Source of the DNA: an uncultured Bacilli bacterium
GTDB lineage: Bacteria; Bacillota_I; Bacilli_A; RF39; UBA660
Length of the DNA: 64,000 nucleotides
Assembly: GCA_934086815.1 (NCBI GenBank)
Contig: CAKOIM010000001.1
Coordinates: 78,366-142,365 of the forward strand
Direction: 5' to 3'
In this document: positions 41,101 to 47,764 of the stretch, piece after piece
Numbering within the stretch: the stretch's first letter is position 1
Layout: every line of letters starts with the position of its first letter
Made by a program: the position numbers and the translations under genes
The notes under the pieces: generated by a model
Seen by the model: only the letters and a program-made list of their open reading frames with translations
Told to the model about the DNA's origin: nothing
The model's database searches: none

Positions 41101-42593
41101 CAACAAAAATAGATGATTTAAATAGTGAAGTTGAAAGAGTAAATGTTATAATCAATTTAAATAGAGCTTTATATAACACTAACGAATATGAAGCCACAAT
41201 TGCTCCTTCAAAACATTATGAAATGTTTGCAACAAGTGATGTTCGTATTACTAATAAAGGATCATTTTCAACTTATTATTCATTATATATGCCAAGTGAT
41301 GTTACTCCATATAAAGATGGATATCATCGTAGTTTAGTTTCTACATATCTTTTCCCTGAAGGTACAAAAATTACTATGATTGACTTAGTTACTAAAACTG
41401 TTCCTGAATATTACTATTATGTTGTTACTAGTGATGATGTAGTAAATGGTGAAGAAGAATATCAAAGGTATAAAGAAGTCTCGTACGATTTTTCTAAATT
41501 TATTAAAATGGGTAGTACTAGCCTAGATAATTTATATAGTGATGAAAGAAGTAATAATATATATTATAATGATGTAGAAAAGTATACTCACGAAGAATTT
41601 ATTTTTATAGTTGATTTTAGTGGAACTCAAATAAATGATAATCAAACTAATAAAAGTTTATTAATTGAACTTAGAAATAAAGATAATAGAACAGTTACAT
41701 CTGTTCTTGGTGCTAGTCAATCGTCAATGTTTTATGATGTGTATTCTGATGTATCTGCAAAAATAGAACTTGATGCTACTTTAAATAATACAGATATTTA
41801 TCCAGGGAACCAAACATCTTTAAATATTATTACTAATTTTGTAAAGCCAATATTTAATAATGTCGAAGTTAATGATACAACATTTGATGATCAAAAGCTT
41901 GGTATAAAACTTACAATATTTGATGCTAATAATAATGTTGTTTCCGGAGCATCATTACTTGGTTTATCATTTGAATTAAATGGTAAAACTTATTATCCTA
42001 GAATTGATGGAACTACACGTATAAACATAGCATCTAGTATCGCTAATGTATCTAGTAATATTAAAATTAATACTCCGGAATCTTTTGCCCCAGGTTCGTA
42101 TAGATTAGTAATAGAATCCTTTGGTTCTCCGGATGGAATTTATTATGGCCTACATTCTTCCGCAGAAACAGAACTTAATTTTAAAGTTTTAAACAATAGC
42201 TATGGTTTAACTATTGATATAAGGGATGAAATGTTGGTTATTGATAAAAATACTGGTTTTAATTTATTAGGTAATAATAGTTTTGTTTACATGTTGAAAC
42301 ATTCATCAGTTTTAGAAAATCCAAGTATCAGAGTTAGTTTATATCGAAGAAATTATGATACACCATATTCGTTAAACTATGATATAGTGGACATAAAAGA
42401 TTTTTTCAATTATAATTATACTGATACCAATATAGATAAAGAATATATTTTATTGGATAAAGCATTAAGTGAAAATAATATATTTATGTCTATTAAAGAT
42501 AATTTAAAATCTGGTACATATCGCTTAACTTTTACAATATATGATAATAATGAGTATATAGGCAATATTTATAAGTATTTACTTATTAAGTAA
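35175..42593 (+). CDS. Giant (~2,472 aa) signal-anchored beta-helix-repeat surface protein (adhesin-like)
   Basis: N-terminal TM (LHLVLISICIVYLCFNIFTFFFTFG). Dozens of ~19-23-aa repeats x[VI]YGG[GS]N...N[VI] lie at nt ~37100-38900 and ~39310-40000, split by a non-repeat insert. No LPxTG at the C-terminus. Start placed at ATG 35175 behind AAGGAG (35163-35168); the track start 35160 is also possible. Confidence 0.8.
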   Translation: MKVKIFQNKNIKLHLVLISICIVYLCFNIFTFFFTFGEDITRISSNTISSGRSGVTDNVVTVDNEESDYYYYMGQNYTDSDGTMPTKTNKNIYNDSNLIKAKITYLSDDINSNFKGYVSNTELQDTYVYYNVYPIKDGYVTIELIDNPFVNRPNDKGFNGWTTNYQGAKIVYDDTYYTRYVKVPVYTDVTEIDITLHASWLDANVENITNSWSNINKFDSKVMKKVSATYTEVVYGDFNMVGYYKPVKIQNWGSCRGYYNQNGRYQNGWCTCRNYDGCTYYDYIENENYQEGEVYYKLVNNNMTLVDPSTLNRPIISSEEKVNSNINSDANMAAYYKKVTISRYASIEGLYNENGVLQTGTCNSSSGCVLYELIQYYDNQGNENKYQEANEYYYLPTRDTNIAVLKNSISSRWSSVNKPFTVTSLHNGVDYRTNATWSLRTGAWSGISVQAYNDLTIENVKINYGSSLTNSKSDTPGDSDSIGSFYGNWHNVKLGRGIVQNGSSASFDSILGGSNSTTGSRINETKYKFIVESGFYNSISLTNGGINQNSSSYIKAKGVYGNDYDKVLKNNDNFVVSYAASGSWGGVYYTIDPVDIGFDLTVKSGTYGKNKYDAYAGIYIGGRGWGTHYTSRRVKYEGGYTYNLIGGPITGSNRSNYNDSYMYITGGEIDMVIGGAGQTATYGNRIIQMTGGMINYSIFGGSNGYESGNGDGTVNGGSYIYVGGKSIVGKSEYVNNKQELYGATAGNVFGIGNGNSSYDTIGSSDSSVIVINDEAQINNDVYGGGNFSSVGVSSTKSSTTTDIEVLGGTIYGSLYGGGNKNGSGSSNKNATITINMYAGDIYGGLYGGANKKGTIYGTSNINVYGGTIHTSIYGGGLGGYLDSSSPGTYVGKDVNIVVGSDDFDTIPVINSIYGGSSFGSVNGTSSNVTGTNYNTKVTINKGKINNVFGGGEGSDTYTPNVYGNTLVTINNGEITNVFGANDASGMPSKSVKVIVNNGKIENVYGGGNKTSLTTSDVSINGGNIKNIYGGSNIIGDVTTSNISVNGGDLTNVYGGNNIGGKTATSNVTLNNGTISNAYGGGNLAPTTNTFITVTSNAVVTNVYGGGESADVSDETHVSLLNGYVTNAYGGSNITGSVLKSSIVATGGKTSYIYGGNNAGGSTISTNVLINGINVKEVYGGGNQANSTTSNVTVKNASKAIDYCFGGGREANVDTTNILVSGGSIKEVYGGSNKSGTVINSNVNIASALEDSPEVLANVTYTLENVTWQSDEYETLAKIKVELVNNTSDEITQYNGSLYIPDSKLFTNYSQTAITLEDYTYSFNENNTYYGTNPIPANSSISFEIEVLSSSSINDFGLTHKFEGRSGTNTYIDKTGEKIMYVYGGNNVGGKTINSNVLVNDGNITNVYGGGNEAITDNPKVKIIGGNISKNIYGGGNQAIVSNDTNVSVTGGVIGGSVYGGGNGQTAVVTKNTLVNISDKANITKHVFGGGNAAATGLSQNDNSKSIVNIAGGIIKGSVYGGANTSVVYGETFVNIGENVISDKTLKKSDIDISGTIFGGGEANESGSEIYDYSFISVTGGINIKIDGKGYDNFAMHGSIFGSGNASSTRGYSYINIDNYGTFDKYQKNISIQRADTVSISNSAIELYGATDRTNEYSDVLFSISRVKTLKLKNNSTLFLQTGSNLLENFNSLVDINGEEVLASVDISDDGTVNKNVNNRLYMLEGKNLNIATNEQVTQYGKVSGMTFFGMYKLDHSKNAITALYNPKYDQGSTVLNNDAYAFMSGSYVLGLHQKNHDIKVNGFYSNYLTEDNSNNISVQYIKPIPEDSNYYMWVIGEQVASYEITLTASKYLTLGTVELPLRNNYNANSTFSIVGFNYDSLDSSVSFIDEADVPRVASNPEDADKVMGLGVKNGSGFITKGSLSFLTGTNDNLKGTKDFERENTTSVPSLVFYLYHSKNLQTSGNMGSVIVSMLVTTKIDDLNSEVERVNVIINLNRALYNTNEYEATIAPSKHYEMFATSDVRITNKGSFSTYYSLYMPSDVTPYKDGYHRSLVSTYLFPEGTKITMIDLVTKTVPEYYYYVVTSDDVVNGEEEYQRYKEVSYDFSKFIKMGSTSLDNLYSDERSNNIYYNDVEKYTHEEFIFIVDFSGTQINDNQTNKSLLIELRNKDNRTVTSVLGASQSSMFYDVYSDVSAKIELDATLNNTDIYPGNQTSLNIITNFVKPIFNNVEVNDTTFDDQKLGIKLTIFDANNNVVSGASLLGLSFELNGKTYYPRIDGTTRINIASSIANVSSNIKINTPESFAPGSYRLVIESFGSPDGIYYGLHSSAETELNFKVLNNSYGLTIDIRDEMLVIDKNTGFNLLGNNSFVYMLKHSSVLENPSIRVSLYRRNYDTPYSLNYDIVDIKDFFNYNYTDTNIDKEYILLDKALSENNIFMSIKDNLKSGTYRLTFTIYDNNEYIGNIYKYLLIK

Positions 42594-42617
42594 GGGCCTT
42601 TGTGAGGATGTGATAAA

Positions 42618-42737
42618 ATGAATTTAGAAAATGTAAATAAATTAAGTCATAAAGAATTACTCGAAGCTATTAAAATTATTAATAGCTTTCTTGAGTATTT
42701 AGAAAATGTCTTAACTGAGGGAGATAATAATGATTGA
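42618..42737 (+). CDS. Candidate 39-aa helical small protein
   Basis: MNLENVNKLSHKELLEAIKIINSFLEYLENVLTEGDNND. GAGGATG RBS-like sequence upstream. The stop overlaps the start of the next gene (42730). Confidence 0.3.
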   Translation: MNLENVNKLSHKELLEAIKIINSFLEYLENVLTEGDNND

Positions 42738-44226
42738 TGAATTAAATCAAAATATTGATAATATTAAAGAAGTATTAGATACATTACCTAAAAATAACAA
42801 AAAAAATATAAAAGCTTATAAAGATGAAGCATTAAACATTTATAATGATTTTAAAAATAAGCGTAGTATATTAGAAAAAGAATTAGAAAAAAGAAAGATA
42901 AAAATTAGTGATTTAAGCGTAAATGAAAATATTGAAAAGGAAAGAAAAGAATTAAAATTTTTGGAAGATAATTTATATTTATTTACTGATACTAATACAT
43001 CGTATGAAAAATCTAACTTAGATATAAATATATATAATGTAAGTAAGTATTATAAATATAGCTTAGACAAAGTAAATGATGATATATTACAAATAATTAA
43101 AACATTTACTAGTTTAGGTATTAATTTAACTGATAAAGATTTTTATTACAGTAAATATTTAAAGAAATACTTAGATGCATTATTAAATGGTCGTAATGTT
43201 AAAGATACATTTGAAAATATTTATTGGAAGTGTAGTGATATATTAACACATGCGGAATTAAACTTTAAATCATTATATTTAAAAAATAAGAATACATTTG
43301 ATAAGTATTATGCATTAAAAAAGAATAATTTATTAAAAAATACTTCAAGTAAAGAGATAATTGAAAATTATAAAATGCTATATAAACAATTAGATAATGA
43401 TATATTTAAAGATAAAGCTACTATATATAACTTGTTTAAAGATAGAGTGTTAAATATAAATGATTTTAAAGGAGATTTAATAAAGAAAAGTTATCAAAAT
43501 ATATTTAATAAAGATTATAATAATATAGATATAGATGATGTAATTAAATATTATTATGCTTTAAAAGAATATATGGATTATTTAAATATAATGTATATTA
43601 TAGATGATGCTAAGAAGTTATTAGAGTCTAAAAATAATTATAAGAGTAATTGTAAAAGCATACTTAGAGATATTAAGCGTAATGAATATAAGTTAGTAAA
43701 AATAAATAAGATTATAAATAAAATAGATAATAAAAGTAAAGATAGTGGTAAATATATTATTATGCAAAATACAATTATTAATAAATTAAAAGAGTTATAT
43801 GATAATTTATTTGATAATGATTTGCTTGATAGATTATATAAAGTTATTAATAGTGACACTACATATGATGAAGTAATAGAAATATATTATAATAATTATT
43901 TATACTTAACAAAATTAATTAAATCATTAAATGATGAAGTAACATTAGAGGAATTAACAAATAATATAGATATTGTTAAAAATATATATTTCAGTCCATA
44001 TAAGACATTTTTAAAATCATCTTTATTAGGTGAAGACAAAGATATTAAATTAGTTTTTAGTGATTGTTATAGTTTAGTAAGTTATAATATTAATGTTGAT
44101 TTATTAGATAATTACGATGAAATTAATGATTTAAGAAATAATATTTATAAGATAATTATTTATTATTATATTAATGCATTAGGTATCAATATTGAAGATA
44201 TAGAATTTTTTAGTATTGTGGATTGA
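42730..44226 (+). CDS. Hypothetical K/N/I/Y-rich, largely helical cytoplasmic protein (498 aa)
   Basis: GAGGGAG RBS. No TM segment and no recognisable catalytic motif. Confidence 0.5.
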   Translation: MIDELNQNIDNIKEVLDTLPKNNKKNIKAYKDEALNIYNDFKNKRSILEKELEKRKIKISDLSVNENIEKERKELKFLEDNLYLFTDTNTSYEKSNLDINIYNVSKYYKYSLDKVNDDILQIIKTFTSLGINLTDKDFYYSKYLKKYLDALLNGRNVKDTFENIYWKCSDILTHAELNFKSLYLKNKNTFDKYYALKKNNLLKNTSSKEIIENYKMLYKQLDNDIFKDKATIYNLFKDRVLNINDFKGDLIKKSYQNIFNKDYNNIDIDDVIKYYYALKEYMDYLNIMYIIDDAKKLLESKNNYKSNCKSILRDIKRNEYKLVKINKIINKIDNKSKDSGKYIIMQNTIINKLKELYDNLFDNDLLDRLYKVINSDTTYDEVIEIYYNNYLYLTKLIKSLNDEVTLEELTNNIDIVKNIYFSPYKTFLKSSLLGEDKDIKLVFSDCYSLVSYNINVDLLDNYDEINDLRNNIYKIIIYYYINALGINIEDIEFFSIVD

Positions 44227-44274
44227 AAATACTTGATAATGTGTGTTATAATTTAGGCAAGGTGGTAGTAGAAA

Positions 44275-44808
44275 ATGAAAATAGTTAAAACAATATTTAG
44301 CATACTTATTATTCCCTATGTAATTATTGCAATATTTACAACTGCATGTTTAATGAATTATAATAAGTATGGTATAACAGAGTTTGGAAATAAATCCTTG
44401 ATTATAGTAGAAGATAATAGTTTAGAGCCAACATTTAAAAAAGGAAACTTATTAGTTGTTAAAAGAAATGAAAATTTAGAAAGTGTTAAACCTGGAGATT
44501 CAATATTCTTTTATAATAACTATAATAATGAAGTTAGTGTTAGTTTGAGTAATGTATTAAAAAGAACTAAAGTAAATGATAAAGAGTACACATATACTAT
44601 AGATGGAAATTATGATGTATCTAGTGAATATTATATTGGTAGTGTAAATGATACTAGTATATATTCGTTTTGGGGAACACTTTTAGGTGTATTTACTTCA
44701 AGAATTGGTTATTTATTAATATTTGTATTACCAATTTTATGTTTCTTCTTATATGAAATTTATGCTGTTATTAGAGAAGTAAAAGAATATAAGGAAGAAA
44801 AACAATGA
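44275..44808 (+). CDS. SipW-like membrane protein, degenerate (Ser box partly kept, His box lost)
   Basis: IVEDNSLEPTFKKGNLLVVK compares with SipW SGSMEP.FK.G.L.LVK. No THR(V/I) motif. N- and C-terminal TM helices. Paralog of 26553-27092. Confidence 0.55.
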   Translation: MKIVKTIFSILIIPYVIIAIFTTACLMNYNKYGITEFGNKSLIIVEDNSLEPTFKKGNLLVVKRNENLESVKPGDSIFFYNNYNNEVSVSLSNVLKRTKVNDKEYTYTIDGNYDVSSEYYIGSVNDTSIYSFWGTLLGVFTSRIGYLLIFVLPILCFFLYEIYAVIREVKEYKEEKQ

Positions 44809-45392
44809 AAAGAGGATTCATCGTTATAGGGTGTTTACTCTTTTTGCTTATATTGGGATTTAATATAACTTATGGTTTGTTTGAAAGTAAGAAAGATTTT
44901 AATTCAATTATGAATGTAGCAAAATTTAATTTATTGGTAAATAATAGTAATATAGTTGATACTAAAAGTTTTAATATAAATAATATAACTGTAATTGATA
45001 ACGAAAATGTTTTAAACGGTAAGATAGCCCCAGGTGTAAGTGGATATTTTGAGTTAGTATTAGATCCTAAGGGGAGTGATGTTTCCATATATTATGAAGT
45101 GTCGCTTGATTTAGAAAATATATTAAATAAGGGCATTGTACTAGAAAAAGTTGTTAGTGATAATAATAATTTAATTAGAGTTGATAAATATAGTTACGCC
45201 GGAGTTTTTACATTAGATGAAATAAAAAATAATGTAACAAAGAGTATAAAATTATATTTTTCGTGGGTAAATAATGACGAAACATTAGATGATATTAAAT
45301 ATGCGGATGGGTTAAAATGCGATATTAAAGCAAATGTTAAAGCTAGTCAATATTTTGGCGAAGATATACCTGTTTATAGTGAGGAAATATGA
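44805..45392 (+). CDS. TasA/camelysin-like exported protein
   Basis: Signal peptide plus NITYGLFESKK, and GKIAPGVSGYFELVLDPKGSDVSIYYEVSL. Paralog of 32767-33354. Confidence 0.65.
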   Translation: MKRGFIVIGCLLFLLILGFNITYGLFESKKDFNSIMNVAKFNLLVNNSNIVDTKSFNINNITVIDNENVLNGKIAPGVSGYFELVLDPKGSDVSIYYEVSLDLENILNKGIVLEKVVSDNNNLIRVDKYSYAGVFTLDEIKNNVTKSIKLYFSWVNNDETLDDIKYADGLKCDIKANVKASQYFGEDIPVYSEEI

Positions 45393-45898
45393 AATATATA
45401 AAAAAAATAATGGATGGATTAATAGTAATTGCTCTAATTATTTTAATATTAATTATTTATGGTTACGTAGAAAAGTATGTATTTAAAAAAGAATATATAA
45501 ATTATTTTGGATATACAATATTTGAGGTTGCTAGTGGAAGTATGGCTCCGACTATTAATGTTGGGGATATAGTATTAGTTAAATTAACTAAAGATATTAA
45601 TCAAAATGATATTATAACTTATAAAGAAAATAACTATTTTATTACGCATAGAGTAATAAAAAAAGATAATGATAAAATTATTGCTAAAGGTGATTATAAT
45701 GATTCCGTTGATAAAGATGTTAATTTAAATGATGTTTTAGGTAAAGTTATAAAAATTATACCTGGGATAGGTATATGGAAGAAAGTATTTTTTAATACAA
45801 AAGTTATGATTTCTATAGTAAGTACGATTATTCTTTTTGCAATATATTTCTATTTACTAGAAAGGAAGAAAGAAGTTAATGAAGAAGTTAAGGATTAA
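45389..45898 (+). CDS. sipW: SipW-type signal peptidase I, canonical catalytic boxes
   Basis: VASGSMAPTINVGDIVLVK, FITHRVIKK and AKGDYNDSVD, with N- and C-terminal TM helices. Confidence 0.8.
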   Translation: MKYIKKIMDGLIVIALIILILIIYGYVEKYVFKKEYINYFGYTIFEVASGSMAPTINVGDIVLVKLTKDINQNDIITYKENNYFITHRVIKKDNDKIIAKGDYNDSVDKDVNLNDVLGKVIKIIPGIGIWKKVFFNTKVMISIVSTIILFAIYFYLLERKKEVNEEVKD

Positions 45899-46445
45899 TA
45901 AGAAATATACTTTTATTATAATTGGTATTATTCTAATATTTAGTTTAGGAATAAGTTATGTTACTTTTGCTAAATATCAAGTACATGCTGAAAGTGTTGC
46001 TCCGTTAGAATATGCTTTATATATATTAGATACTAAGCCTATAAGTGATACTATTAAATTGAGTGAAATTAAGCCAAATAATGATGAATATGTTTATGCA
46101 TTTAGTATTAGTAATTTTAAAGATAAAAAAAGACTAGAAACTAATTTAGAATATAGTTTAGTTATTAAAGCGACGACTAATTTACCTTTAGAATATAGAT
46201 TGGTTATTAATGATGATTACAAAAATAATTTTGGTAATGCTTTTTTAAAAGATGAAATAAAAGAAGATGGTGATGGGACTTATTTTAGGGTAATGACTGC
46301 GCCAGATAGTAATTTTTCATATAAAGAAGATGAAACTAATTATTATTATTTAATTGTTAAGTTTCCGCTTAATTATGCAGATAATAAATACCAAAATATT
46401 ACAGAGTTTATTAGTATAGAAATTAGTTCAAAACAAGTCATATAA
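45879..46445 (+). CDS. Small exported protein with SipW-cognate-like N-terminus (188 aa)
   Basis: FSLGISYVTFAKYQVHA, then beta-rich sequence (YVYAFSISNFKDKKRLETNLEYSLVIKA). Confidence 0.55.
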   Translation: MKKLRINKKYTFIIIGIILIFSLGISYVTFAKYQVHAESVAPLEYALYILDTKPISDTIKLSEIKPNNDEYVYAFSISNFKDKKRLETNLEYSLVIKATTNLPLEYRLVINDDYKNNFGNAFLKDEIKEDGDGTYFRVMTAPDSNFSYKEDETNYYYLIVKFPLNYADNKYQNITEFISIEISSKQVI

Positions 46446-46460
46446 ATTGTAAGAATTTTG

Positions 46461-46489
46461 TTGCATTATGTCGAATTGTGTGTTAGAAT
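46461..46489 (+). promoter_or_regulatory. Strong internal promoter for the 352-aa subunit gene
   Basis: TTGCAT (46461-46466), 17-nt spacer, TAGAAT (46484-46489) with upstream TG. AAGGAG RBS follows. Confidence 0.55.
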
Positions 46490-46535
46490 AAATTCATATG
46501 ATAGAGAGAGTAATCTATAGTTAAGGAGTGAAGTC

Positions 46536-47594
46536 ATGGAAAATAAAATGGATGAAAATCTTGATGTATCAAAACAAAAAGATGAAAAGAAAAGGGGTAC
46601 GGTTTTAGTCTCTGATAGACAAAGAAAACATAAAAAAAGAATTGGGTTATTAATTTTATTATTACTATTTACTGGTGTTATGCTGGGTACATCAACTTAT
46701 GCATGGTTCACTGCTAATAAGACTGTTAATGTTAATAAGATTACAGTTAATGTTGCAGCTCAAAATGGTATTCAAATTTCAGTGGATGGAACTACATGGA
46801 AATCAATTATTCAAACTGATGATATAAAGGGCGCTATTGCTAAATATGCTGCAGCTAAAAATCAAGTTCCAGTTTCTATTGAACCTGTTTCTACAGTTGG
46901 GGAAATGGATGATGAAGGTTTGATGAAAATGTATTATGGTACTGTTGATACTAATGATGATGGTAATTATATTTTGACAGCTACTAAAAGTACGGAAACA
47001 AATGGTACTGATGGTAAGTTTATAGCATTTGATTTATTCTTTAAAGTTGATCAAAATACGGATACTTATTTAACTAGTACTTCTGGTGTTGCTGCAGAAG
47101 GAAATGATTCAGGTATTAAAAATGCTTCTAGAATGGCGTTTGCTGTTTTAGGTAATACAACTGCTGGGGATACATTAGAAAATATTCAAAAGCTAAATGC
47201 TGGAACAGCTACTCCAGTTAATATATGGGAACCAAATTATGATATACATAAAGCGGCTGCTGTTGGTCACGCTAGAGATACTTATGGTATCACTACTCAA
47301 GAAACTGGTGCTACGCAAATTGCTTATGATGGAATTAAAACTGACATAACTAAAGAAAATAATATTTTAGTTGGTAAAGCTAATAAAACTGATAATGCTA
47401 CATATTTTGGAGCTACTACTATGAAATATTCTACAAAGGCTGATTTTACTGATAAAGTTCCATTTTTAACTCTTCAATCTGGTATTACAAAGATGAGAAT
47501 TTATATGTGGATTGAAGGACAAGATGTTGATTGTGAAAATAATGCATCTGGTGGATCAATTGCTTATAATTTACAAATTACAACTGAAGCTTAA
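46536..47594 (+). CDS. Exported TasA-signal-type protein, candidate major structural subunit (352 aa)
   Basis: LGTSTYAWFTANK, NASRMAFAVLGN, IWEPNYDIH, MRIYMWIEGQDVDCENN. Has its own promoter and terminator. Codon choice (GCT/GGT/ACT/GTT-rich) looks like a highly expressed gene. Confidence 0.65.
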   Translation: MENKMDENLDVSKQKDEKKRGTVLVSDRQRKHKKRIGLLILLLLFTGVMLGTSTYAWFTANKTVNVNKITVNVAAQNGIQISVDGTTWKSIIQTDDIKGAIAKYAAAKNQVPVSIEPVSTVGEMDDEGLMKMYYGTVDTNDDGNYILTATKSTETNGTDGKFIAFDLFFKVDQNTDTYLTSTSGVAAEGNDSGIKNASRMAFAVLGNTTAGDTLENIQKLNAGTATPVNIWEPNYDIHKAAAVGHARDTYGITTQETGATQIAYDGIKTDITKENNILVGKANKTDNATYFGATTMKYSTKADFTDKVPFLTLQSGITKMRIYMWIEGQDVDCENNASGGSIAYNLQITTEA

Positions 47595-47608
47595 TTAGTT
47601 TATTAAAT

Positions 47609-47640
47609 AAAGGATTGTTGTCTATACAACAATCCTTTTA
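47609..47640 (+). terminator. Rho-independent terminator
   Basis: 12-bp stem AAAGGATTGTTG / CAACAATCCTTT with a 6-nt loop. Confidence 0.75.
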
Positions 47641-47764
47641 ATATGTTTGCAAAAGTTTTGAAAGTCATAATTTAATTATTTGCCTAAGCTTTTTCTAAAT
47701 AGCTTGTTTTTTTTGTTGGCATAATATATAATTAAGTAAAGATGGTAAAGGATGTGACGTTAAT

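Noticed and set aside
35175-42593. Sortase-anchored (LPxTG) or autotransporter-type classification of the giant protein
   Set aside because: The C-terminus (…GNIYKYLLIK) has no LPxTG, hydrophobic or charged tail and no beta-barrel-like end. The only membrane segment is N-terminal.
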